Assembly (NCBI RefSeq): GCF_964204645.1
Contig: NC_134030.1
Span: 3,018,778 to 3,082,777 of the forward strand
Reading direction: 5' to 3'
Source: Tubulanus polymorphus
Lineage: Eukaryota > Animalia > Nemertea
DNA: 64,000 nt
The stretch's first letter is position 1. Each line of letters opens with the position of its first letter. The position numbers and the translations under genes are program-made. Shown here piece after piece: positions 52,121-64,000 of this stretch. The notes below the pieces were generated by a model. That model did no database searches and was not told the DNA's origin. It saw only the letters and a program-made list of their open reading frames with translations.

Positions 52121-55100
52121 CACACATCAGAGTATGGTCGCATATACTTATCTAGACTTATGAGTTTAAAAACCTGGTGTCGTGTCGATGATTGACGGGT
52201 TAAGTTACACCTCCTCGCTGGTTAATTGAAAACAATACCGTCTCATCCGGGCGGCGGAACTTTTGTGCTGTTTTTCTTAATTTAATTTCCTGATTTTTGT
52301 TCTGTTTAACATCGAGCGCGTGACTGCGAAATTCATACACAAGCGACAGAAGTTGATTATTCTGTAGTGACCTCGTGGAAGATTTCGAAACAAGAAAACA
52401 ATAAATATAATTTTTCGGGTTTTCTGCTTATCAAACTTGTAATATACACATAATTAATACACAATATCAATTTTTTCATATTTATGTAAGAGAATTGTTT
52501 CGATCAGCTAATCTTCCACTTCGTATATTCTATTTTTAGGTGTATCATCATTATGGCGTTGAATTACATTTTACGATATTTTCAGTGAATACTTGCGCGG
52601 AATCAGTTATTGATAGTTACGCCCATGTTGTACGGTCGTGACTCAAGCCGGGCGTAGGTCGGCCTTGCGACGGCTTGCGACTCACGACCTATACACCCGG
52701 CTTTAAGTCCAAGAGTGGTTCATAATCTATGACTTGTCCGAAGTTGTTAGAAATAGAATCAAGATGATCTTAGATTTTGATTGATCTTATGATTGTGCGA
52801 CTGGTCACTGGTTTTACCACCTTCTCCCTGTATAGAATTGTTGCTGTCCCTCATGTTGTAATTAAGTTTTATATGATATACTTTTGGGTAATTTTTCGGC
52901 TTCTCTTTGAAAAGAAAAACCCAAAACGCCTCTGATTGGTCTGTCTACATCTTCACTATTATACAATAGTGTGATTTTTATCGTGACCAGCGGACGGCCA
53001 GAGTAAATAATCCGCATCCTTTGATGATAGCCTTTTCTTGCGTTTGACCAGTTCAGGTAGAATTAACAGTAGTTAGCCAACGTAACCGAGCGCCTACATC
53101 AAACATTTACGAAATCGTGAGATCGCCGCGAGAGCTTTGACTATTTCGGGGAATAACCTCTACACGCTGAGAACAAAATAGCTCGTACGGTTTGTAACAT
53201 ATGGAGTAGAACCAGAAAAAAAATATATGAATTCTCGTAAATGACAATACGCGATGTGCAGACCCGAGTTTGCGTTAAACTTCAAAGCAGCGATTGCGGA
53301 TTCGATGGTACTTTTCTGACAAAACCCTCTCAACCTGAGACCGATCCCGTGATATCCAGCGGTAAGACTATCGATTACCTGAATGACGACAAGAAAAATC
53401 CTTTTGTTTAGAATTCGTCTTCGAATTTGAATATCGCGAACAACGGTGTCGATCTTTCGTTGAAAACACCGAACAATGGCCTATACGACGCGAGTTCGCA
53501 TTATCAATTATTTATGTTCAACTTTTCAAGTAAAAAACGCGTTTGTTTCGTAGAATTATTCTAAGATGACGGTAAATGAAGATATTCGATATATTTACAT
53601 TTGATTCGATCGTGCCTATCCAAGGCCCGTTTCCTACTGTATTCCGAATTGAGAAGGGTGCTTTTTATTCTGCATAGAGCAGCCTTATATGACCACTGAA
53701 GTAAAAATTAATTATTTCTAACATTCCATTTTAGTCAGCGCCTCAATGGGCATAAAATGCAACTGACACAAATCCTTTTGTAGAATTGTTTAGATTGTAC
53801 GTGTATTGAATGTGACAGAAATTTAAAAGGGCAACTTCAGGGTGGAAACGGCACTTTTTTCAATCACCACTGTATTCTGGAGAATACACAGAATACGGCA
53901 TGGAACCGAACCTGCACCGGCTACGGAGTTGCTCTGAAAAATATTTGCCATCAAAACCGAATGACACGACGTGTAAAATACACACAGAGTCTATATATTC
54001 GATGTACATAATTCATAACAAGTCGAAGGTGCGGATAAATTGTGGATATTTTTATGGTCTAGATTTCGGCGATCTTTGTATATATTTGATCAATTCTCAT
54101 TCATGAAGCGTCTCGTTTTAGGCGCCGTAGACAGCGATTAGTTCGTTAAAGACAGTCTACAAATTGACCTTCGCCTGGTGGGATAGACGTCTTACATTCG
54201 CGTCCCGGAATTCTAACTCATTCTCTGCTGATGATGACTAATTGATTGTTATTTTTTGTTTGTTTTGGAATCGTTGTATCATTGATAACGAGATTCCCAA
54301 TCGTCAAAACGATGATCAGTGAATATTGATATCAATACCTCAGAAAAAAAGGATTATTCTCGGGTATTTTTAATGATATATATATACATGTATGTGTTTA
54401 TTAGATGAAATAGAACTAAATGGAGGTGATGAAGTATTCCAGTCGTGTCCCCTCGGACGGGAAGTCAACTCATTTTACGTTAGAAATCTCTTCGAAAAAT
54501 GTCTGAAAAAAGAAGCTGGAAAATAAAAAAACTGTCGGTCGGATTTTGCGAGACCCACGAGTGGCTCGAGAGAGGTTGTTTTTGTTCTTAGAATAGGGAT
54601 TGACCCTGTTATTTATTTCATAGCTAGATTTCGTTTGATTTGTTTTAATTTGATGGGTGTCCCATACAAACGCACCACACCTGCACCGGGAGCAAAACGG
54701 TCAGCGGTCGACAGAATTTACAGCGTTTACAGAATGTTTGTTTAAATCGACACATAATTGGAAATTTCAGTTCCGGTTCATTCGATCAATCTTCCAACCA
54801 ACCTGAACCGGCAAGCGAGTAAGAGGGGTTGTTCTTTTGTGCAATATAAGGCACAGGTTTCTCAAGACGTTTATCGTCAATTGTGTATGAACTTTTCGCT
54901 TCTAGAAACGATATTTATACGTCTTTATTTGATACTAACACGTAGCATCCACATGCGTTATGATATCTTCGTGTCGGCCCCCAGTAATACAAGAGAGTAT
55001 GTTCCAACCTCCGAAACCTTCAAACATTTTATCTGTGGGTATGAAATATAATACTTATAGAGAATAAGCCACTTAGAAAATTACACCTCATATTCGAGAC

Positions 55101-57859
55101 AAACGTGTGAAAAACTGCAGGGAAGGTGCGGCGAAACATTAGACTTAAAACATCAACTAACTATATTTTTGTAGCGGTAAATTTTACTGTCGAACTCGAG
55201 TATAATGATTCATCTATTGCTCACAAACTGGGAGATCAGTGACGTTTCGACTTGATTTCGAAGTTTTTGTTGAATCACAGACAGGCACTTGCCTATGGCT
55301 ATTTATCTTTTTTGGTGATGCCGGTTTTAGAGGTGTGCAGGGTTTTGTTTCCTCCGGCCGAAGTTCACGCCAAAACAGACACTATTTCTTGTTGACGGAG
55401 TGAGGCAATCAAACCCTGGCAAGGGAGGATAAGGTGTGTAACCCTAGACACTGACTGGAATGGATGATATCGTCGGGTTAATCAGTTTCTGGAGTCTGCG
55501 CCTCGCCGAGTTGACCGGATGCAATCGCGGGCTGGGCTAATAGTGGGCTAATAACATTAAATTGAAATTCATGTGCTAAGTAAGGAAATATCGTCGTACA
55601 CGAAGTGTTGATGATCGCCTGTGAATGCCCTGAAGTTTGAAAACGTCGTCCTTAAAAAATACAAACTAACTCAGAAATACTCGTTATTTACAATAAATAC
55701 AATGTACTTTATTAACAAATTTTCATATAAAAGTCATACATATATATTATACATGCATTTTAAACATTCTATCGGTATCAGAAGTTATTTCGGTGCTCAC
55801 GGATTACGAAATTTGCAGCAATCATACACATCAAAAAGGCAGTCATTTAGAATGAATTATTAGAAAAACAAATGACACATGAAATACTTTTGTTTGTTTC
55901 TAATGATATCAAAATCATTATACAATATATAACACTCTTGTTCATTACGATGCTTTATTATATTAGGATCTACGTGTGACGTCACAACACGTCACAGATA
56001 ACATTATGCAATGTAGTTATATGCAATGCTCCATAGTTAGGTTGCACGACGTCACACGCGTCACAAAGCTGTTAACCACAGTGAGTAATGAATAATAGAC
56101 GCCAATATGACGCGTACACGGTACATGAATACGTCGCTGGATAACTGGCTTACAACGCCATCAGGTTCGAATCCCGTGCAATCTTCGATTTGAGGACAAT
56201 ACTTATTCACAAAAATATACACGGATTAACTATTCAGTTTTCTGTCATGATATTGTGATTTATCGAAGTTTAATGTAAACTGAAACAAAAGGTCTTCAAA
56301 AACAACAAATCAAAATATTTTGCTCTGCAGATGCCGAAGTCAATAATCATGATTGAGGTGCAAAAATAGTCTTAAATCATAAGATCTTGTTGTGTTTAGA
56401 ATCAAGACTTGATTTCAGAATAAATCGAAGCCTTGACTGCACCCTACGGTTAAATCAATAGAATTCTAAAACTACGAGTTTAAAAACGAACCAAAAAATG
56501 ATTCAACTGATTCAACTAAGTTGATTTTACATGCTAAGTGTGTGACCTGATCGAATATTAACTTTACTTGTGATGTTTATTGCAAAAGAACCCGATAATA
56601 TAGCAATATTATTATAGAATGCTATACTATAGCCGCGATCACAAGCGGGTGATTTGGTGCGAGTGAAACTGGTCCGGACCAGGTCAAATACAGCCCCTAT
56701 TAATTGAGAAAGCGCGTTCACACGTAAATCACGCCGAGTCACTTCCAGAACCATCGTTGAACTGTGCTCAAATTCGACATTTTTTGTCATGCCAAATTAG
56801 AACAGGCCTGGGCCAACCGCTCACAAGTACCGAACGGCACCTTGCCTGTCTAATGATATGGCCCGAAATCGGCCTGGCTCAACAATGCTCGCATGATCGT
56901 GGCTTATATGATAGTAATAAACGCACACAACAGTACCGGTAAGTCAAGTAAGATAATTTACTAATAAACTCCTCAATTCTCAGCAGCAAAACAATTGATT
57001 ATTACAAGCCTTTCAACACTCTGACTAATTAAGTATCTATCAACTTACTTATAAATGTACAGCGAATGCCCCTCCCTCCTCCCCATCCCCCAGTGAGTCC
57101 TCCCCTCCCAGTTCTGAGTAATAGTTTATTTGTTCATTCAAACGTTTAACTCAACAGTCTGTCTTTGGACTGTTTAACTTGTTCCTGATGACCATGGCCC
57201 TGTTTAAAATAAATAACACCACCCCTGATATCGCATTTCCACAGGTTTCGTACAATTTGCAGTTACTTGATTTTCGATACCTTTTCCAGGATAAAACATC
57301 CGAATTTCGATAGCACTACTTAAGGCAGAATTGAAACTTTATAAAACCAAATACCCGACCTATGGTACTACTAAACTTTCGGATTTGAATCTGCGTTTGG
57401 ATTCCCTGCCGAAGGAGGATGAACTAAGCCAGGGTCCCTACAGATCAGCCATTCCTGGATTTAAGGGGTTTTCGAGAAGAAAATTTCAAATTATAAGGAA
57501 GCATCATTCATGAAATCTTCTTCTATATGATGATCATCTACATAATTAATTCGGCAGTCTATATCATTAAGACTGCTAAACTTGGTTTCTGCCGTAATTC
57601 AGTAACTGCCGAATTGGGTAAAAATATCCAGGTCCCATATTCCATTTTGAAGGCGGTTTTAAGGAATCATGTCGAAGGGACCCTGATATCCTGGATTCTA
57701 GTACGAAGCCCGTGTTTTCCATTATCGATGTTGCTTTCGAAAGCAATTCGTCGAATTCGGTCGAAGCGAAAAAACAAAGCTTTACAAATAGAGAAAGTCT
57801 TTAGCTCGTTGAAATATCACAGGATTAATATCGACTGGCGCCCCCTATGATTAATGACG

Positions 57860-60448
57860 TCATAGCACTTGGTCAGTTTCCCGCGGGTCGTGAAACTGTT
57901 GATTACCGCTGTAGTTGGAGTAATTATCATCATCCGACCGGACATCTTTAAACATCGCGGCCGGAGTCGGAGACTGGTTATTTACGTCCCAATATAGTTC
58001 CTTTCGGTAATTAGCGTTATCGTATACGTCCCCATTCGCAAGCGGACGATTGTCTAATTGTTCGTTGGTGTTGTATTCATTCTGCTGCTGCTGCTGCTGC
58101 TGCTGCTCATTGTGATTAGTGTTCAATGAATCAGCGTATGATCGTAGGTGACTGAGGAATTCAAACAGCACGCCGGATAAAGCCTGGTCGATTACAACTT
58201 GCGGTATCCAACCCTGAAATCACGAGAAACGAATGATAAATAATTTCCAAATAAGTTATTAATGATGGTAATCGAAGCCGGGATTCAGTTCCACGATTCT
58301 GAGTTCAATTTGAGTTAAGATATTGAAAATGAGCTCGGACTCGGATTGTGGACCTGTATCCGGGATGTTAAGGATTTCAATCGACTTCGACAGTTTTGAG
58401 TCATCCTTGAGTCTTCAAAAACGAACTGATTTTAACTCTAATCTAAATGAAGAACCATTATACCACGAGATGCTGACCATTCTAGCAAAATTCTGTATGG
58501 TATTTCAATAATCAACTCACAACCTTACAAAGTTAGTTTTAAATTCCGTAACCAATTCGCATTTTCAATGGCTGGTTTTAGTCATGCTGTCATTACACAC
58601 CAGATGGCGTTGAGGTAATTTCAAGTCATGCCATCATTTTAATTTTTACGGTACATACCTTCAAATCTGAACAGAGAATAAACACAAAATTCGTCCTATT
58701 CGGATCTTCAGGGTCCGGTACAAACAGGAATCCACCAGGATGGTTTTCACCGCTGAAAAAAGTAGAAAAGATGTTAAATGTAGAGAAATGTGAAACATCG
58801 CGATGATGTTTGTATCGGTTGGTGGACATACCGGACATATTGTTTTACTGGAGGTTTATCTTCGAATTCACATGATCTACTGGCTATGAAATAAACACCA
58901 TCTCGAATACTCCAACGCCTGACTTGAACAAAATCCCTGCAAATAAAATCCATCATCATATACGCGATCGGCGATAGGGGATGAGAGTGGATTAGTCAGA
59001 TTTGAAAAATCTATTTGTCCTAATATCTCAAGTTTCTGGACCTAGTTCCGCAATTCTCGGTTCAGATTGAAACAGATCCTGGACCCAGTTTAAGTCCAAA
59101 AAGGGCCATAAACATTAAAATTGGGTTTTAGTTGTAAGATTACCCATCCAACTAAGATCGTCTTAGAACTGATCTTTAGTTGTTAGATTGGATATAGAAC
59201 CAAATTGGTCCTAAGTCTAAGCCATGACTGACTAACTAGTCCCTGGTATTTATATCTATTGAGTTTAGGTTAGGCTGAGTAACTACTGTACCTGGCTGTA
59301 ACGAGGCCACCAGCAGCCTCAGCAGCAACGCTGTAAACTATATCCGTCTGTTTATCAAGCGTCTGTAAAATCTATAATAATAATAAATATACATGTACAT
59401 CAATAGTGTAGGTCATCAATAATATACATGTACATCAATAGTGTACATCAATATTATAGATGGAAGAGTGAGGAAGATGAATGAGGATAGAGGGGGATTG
59501 GGGAGTAGAGGGGGGAGGGGGAAATGATTACCTCAGCATTGATAACAGTAGGATTCCAAGTAGGAGTATTGTGTACGTCATAGAATAAATCTTCCATTAT
59601 CTTCTGTGGAGCTATATCGACTATACCCTTAAAAACAAACATTTAAAACACCATGTAATGTAAGTCATCATAAGACGTTAACATCAGATCACCTACACAC
59701 TGCAAATTCTCAAACTATGTAATATTTTTCATGGCTCCACCCCCACGAGTATCATAGGCTATATACATATTTCATTTATATACAAATCCTAGACGTAGCA
59801 CATGTTCTGAAATACATACATGTTCAGAAATACATCTCAGTTCTGAGAAAGCTGTCACTGTTAGATCGATATAAAACATCGATTAACAACCAGCAAATAA
59901 TTACAGATGCTGCTTCATACAGCTCTCATCATAATTCATCAATATTCTCATTCAATATATGAATACATTGTCTACATACAAACATACATATAACACATCA
60001 TCGTCATTAGATAGTTATCTATATTTATGACTGAACGCAAAAAATTCATAAAGACTACTTAATGAACTTAAACTGCGAGGTGTACTCGCTGAGTGGTCTC
60101 AACAATCGGGGTACACGGGTTTGAACCGGGTAGCTGCAGAGTTTCTTGGTCAAAGTTTCTTCTCTAGGCTCTGTCTCTTTTTAATCAGGATAGACAAGCC
60201 TAAAACCTGCCAATATTTTCCTGAGTGGCGCTCAGTGGATCGCGAGGGAAACCAAACTTTGAACCTGCTAATAATGCGTTATTTTTTCTGATTACCTCTA
60301 GACGGAATATTTTTCCTATTTTCGGCACGGCTTTACTGTGAACTGTGGCATTGTTTTTACTGGCTTCCAATTTCCATCCATCAACGACTGTATATAATTC
60401 CCACATAGAATCGACTGTCTTTTCAGCCATCTCCGAAAAATCCTGCTC
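57860..60448 (-). CDS. STARD3: START-domain cholesterol-transfer protein of the STARD1/STARD3 subfamily (START-domain exons)
   Basis: GT-AG exons in consistent phase: 60448-60296; 59627-59532 (WNPTV); 59371-59292 (YSVAAEAAGGLVTAR); 58936-58832 (DFVQVRRW); 58752-58659 (RGENHPGGF...DLK); 58213-57860 (GWIPQVVIDQAL). A possible further exon lies at 62541-62501. No MENTAL-domain exons were identified in the window. Confidence 0.88.
58082..58107 (-). repeat. (CAG)n encoding an 8-residue polyglutamine run in the START protein tail
   Basis: ctgctgctg... on the plus strand; EQQQQQQQQN in frame. Confidence 0.9.
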
Positions 60449-63400
60449 CTAAAATAAGAGAAAAGTGAATATAGCGGTTGGATCTACACCGGATTACTGA
60501 TTCCAAGGGCAGTATCTGAAACTATGAAAAAATTATGTTATGTCATAGGTGGATTTATTGAGGGGGCCATCTTTTTCTTGAGTTCTATATTTAGCGATTT
60601 CTAAACGAGTTGAAAGTGAGGTCAATTTTGATTTGCTGATAAAATTTCCACCCAACAGTGATAAACGAAATGTGTAAAATTAAACAATGACTTGGAAAAG
60701 TCATGAACTGACGACTAATTCATTCTGCCATAGATCAATTGTGTCGGGTTAAATGGGTTAAATATACTCGAATGTAATGCATCTACACCCTTTATTCTTT
60801 TCCTACTGAAAAGCGCTGAACAATGACGAACTCAGAGACAAATAGTCGTGAATTCACAAGCAAATAATAGTTAAATCTTTAAAAAGTAGAAATCCTTTTA
60901 AAAATACTTCACAATAGTAATTAATTCACCATCATCATTAATATTTACACGGTATTATTCCTAGCCACCAGAGAGGACACGGAGAACAAGATTAGAACCC
61001 ACTGTAAACATATTCAAATTAGTAAAACAAAAGATTTAGACATCGAGAATCAAATGGTATGACGTTTAAGGTATTGAAATTAAAAGGTTTGATGTTTCGG
61101 ACTCTAAGAGACGATCATCAGGTTTGGAGAAATAGCTTAAACAATGTGAAAACAATCCATTGCGAGTACATTGGTAATTGCAGGTTTATGAGGCGCATGA
61201 AGTTATATCATTATACCCGGTAGCTGAAATTTAGAAATTCTAAAAGATACTTTATCTAAAATCATAACCTTCAAAAGTGAACAAAAACAATGCTCTCCTT
61301 AACAATTGCTATTTAACAATTCATTTTTTCAAAATTTAATGATTTTTCGAATTAAAATTTCGTAATCGAAACTTGAGGTTGAATCAATACGTCTTTACAT
61401 GGAAATCATTCAAACACATTTTCTACAATAAATATCGAAATATAATCAAATATCGTAATCATATAAAATTCGAAACTTACAAAATTTTCTAAGTCGTATA
61501 TATTCCCCATCGTGGTGTTGTTTATTTACGATCATCACCCTCTGAACGATTAAGTTCCTTTTTAAAAATGGACTGCTCCAAATCAGACCACCATATAGTC
61601 AACGGTGTAATAGGTAAATATTTTCGCTAATTTCGCTGATTTCGTTTCGCATTAAACTCAACATTCACATTTTATTGATATCCTAATAATCTAATGATGC
61701 ACAGGTGATGCAGCGCAGCTGAAGTCTGTTTCACAAACCAGTAGAACGTTGTTAATCGATTGATAAATCGATTTTCGCGTTACATAAATATCTGTCTCCG
61801 TGAACGCGCACTAGTATAGCATGATCACATTAACAAAGCAGATGTCACGCACTAGATCGTGATTGGTTGTTTGAATTTACTATAGAGAAACTACAGGTGA
61901 TCAATGTTTTCCCAGGGAAATAAAAAAAAACAAAGCAGGAATAAATAATTCCAGCAGTGGTGCCACTTATATCGCCAGTTGAAAATTCCTCGGGTTTTTC
62001 TAGATTTCCTGATTCCCTGAGTTTTCAAGGTCAGTGGCCACTCTTACAAATGAATCAGAAAAACTATTTCTGCACTTAAGTTATAATACAAAAATAAAAG
62101 GTGTTTATTTCAATAAATGTCATAAAATTCATTTAAGCTAAGGACCCATTTTCCAAAGTTTTGAGTCCATCAGAAATCAATTAATTTTAGTAAAATAGCC
62201 CATACATTCGGACACGGAAAATAAATGATAAGATCGAAATCAACAAGAATTTAAAAGATTTAAAGAAACATTGATTAATCATGATTTAAAAGATATTTCA
62301 GGCTCTGTCTAGAGACCATTGCTAGGTGTGATTATTCAGACTCATCAAACTGCAGTCAAATCAGTGAACAGCGTTTAGTAGGTCGTAGTGAAAAATTCCA
62401 CGAATATCATCCAACAAATAGTAAAGTTTTCTAGAAATCGAAACAAAGACATTATTCTTAAACGAATTTCGAAAGTACTGAATAATTTCAAAATTCTTAC
62501 CTCGACATTTTGAATATCTATTTTGCCCGCGTTGTTATTCACTTTGAAAAACGGCAAATGAAATGTTTTTGATACGAATCCAATCATTTGAGTTTATATT
62601 GTATCACAGCGCGACAGACAGATACACCATCCGAAATCCTACACACATAACCATCGATGAAACAATGTGTAATGATGATAATATAGAAAAAAATTCCCAC
62701 ATTCAGAAAGAAAATGAGTCCTTTTTAGTTAATATTTCAACTATCTTCAAATAGTCATCTACAGGAATAATCATGTTACAACAAAATCATGAAATAACCT
62801 TATTATTTCTTTGTAACATCGATATTCCTAAAGATGACTGATATAGTCGAAACGTTGAAAACCTTTTCGAAGTGTGGGATTTTTCCTGTATTATCCTAGA
62901 CAAGCGACTTCCTTACAAACTGAGAACTTCCATTGGCTGCAGTTTATACTAGACAAAACGATATTTTCTTAACATTATATTACTCCAGTCTCTATTGTTA
63001 AGTGCATTAGGTGACAATTATTTGAAATGTCGGCACTATTGACACAAACAAAAAAATCTCTCACTTGACGAGACAATCACTTGACTCTTTAGTCTATCTA
63101 CTGCATGCAATACTAGGCACATTTCAAAGAATTGGTCCGGTCCTGTGTGGTTTAATTATTCCTTTCTTACAGACTTTCGTGTTGCGAAGGAATAAAATCT
63201 CTTTGCAAATGTTTCTATGCCATAAAAAATCCCCCGAAATAGCAATAAATGATTTAATCACCGAATTCAACTATTACTACAATAGACAAGGCTCCCCAAG
63301 TCGGATCCGATCAACTCGGATGTCTTACCCAATTACATATCATCCAACTGAGATATCACTCTCAAATCAGACAGATTTTGCATGTTCACCGAAGTCTACT

Positions 63401-64000
63401 GTATCATCCTACTCAATTATCACGTCATATTTCAAATTTTCACCATCAAAAAAATCTAAAAGTTTATCAAGACCCTTTAAACTGCACAGCATACGATATA
63501 ACCGTCTTTTTACAATTCAATTCTAGAATAAACCCGGGACAGAAGATCAAAGAGGTCAAATGAAAGTGCTACTCAAATTCACCGAAGGACCCTATATTAG
63601 ATGGATGTATAATATACATATTTCAATAGAGTGAGAGTGACGTCAATAGCTCCTTCACCGATGCACAATCCATAGATCTAAAGGAAACAATTCTATAAAG
63701 AACTGTTATAGGTACGTTCTTCAACAAGTTGCACCCAGTTATTCCTACAAATCTGACATATCTAGGGCTTCTCAACTGACATCAACGCAATGCGGAAAAA
63801 TAACGCCGTAGTTCAGCGAAAATGAAATCAGCAACCGGAAGAAAAAACAAAAAATCAGTTTAATACACCGTACACAGGTAGTCAACATTTTAACTCAATT
63901 CCTCATTGAATTTATGTTAGAAAAAATGCATTAAACTTTTATAGTTTTTCTTCTGCTGATTTCTGATTTTTTCACTAACAGCTAAACACGACCTGTCTAT

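Noticed and set aside
56155-56180. tRNA gene suggested by GGTTCGAATCCC
   Set aside because: No cloverleaf or A-box context; it matches the dispersed repeat family at 12058 and 41765
61481-61541. Possible upstream exon of the START gene
   Set aside because: Its only open frame ends in phase 1 and cannot join the phase-0 acceptor at 60448
63065-63526. 153-aa ORF
   Set aside because: Non-ATG start, no recognisable domain, and composition typical of non-coding DNA

Overview
AT-rich, intron-containing animal genomic DNA. It is probably a protostome invertebrate, judged from a SIFamide-type precursor; the species cannot be fixed from sequence alone. Conventional genes: the N-terminal (ATPase) half of an ABCG1/4-like transporter (minus strand, 7 exons, 15329-2525, apparently continuing past the left edge); a 2-exon single-pass membrane protein (plus, 29988-31721); a SIFamide/FFamide-type neuropeptide precursor with three SxLxF-amide peptides (minus, 47437-47081); and the START domain of a STARD3/StAR-like gene (minus, 60448-57860). 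The most notable element is a cluster at about 33.7-44.9 kb of three paralogous transcription units oriented +, -, +. Each has a short non-coding exon, an intron filled with a G-rich 37-bp tandem array, a micro-exon coding only 7 nt (ATG ATH A), and a terminal exon. They encode 43-50 aa prepropeptides: signal peptide, acidic spacer, invariant LERIAR(R) cleavage site, and a 10-12 aa C-x5-C peptide (CDHNGACNCG, TCDSRGQCGS, VCDSNGQCGS, LDCNHNGACDCG). Locus 1 appears to have two alternative terminal exons. The inverted arrays show signs of sequence exchange between loci. Several MITEs, a tandem array of CTCF-like motifs and microsatellites are also present.
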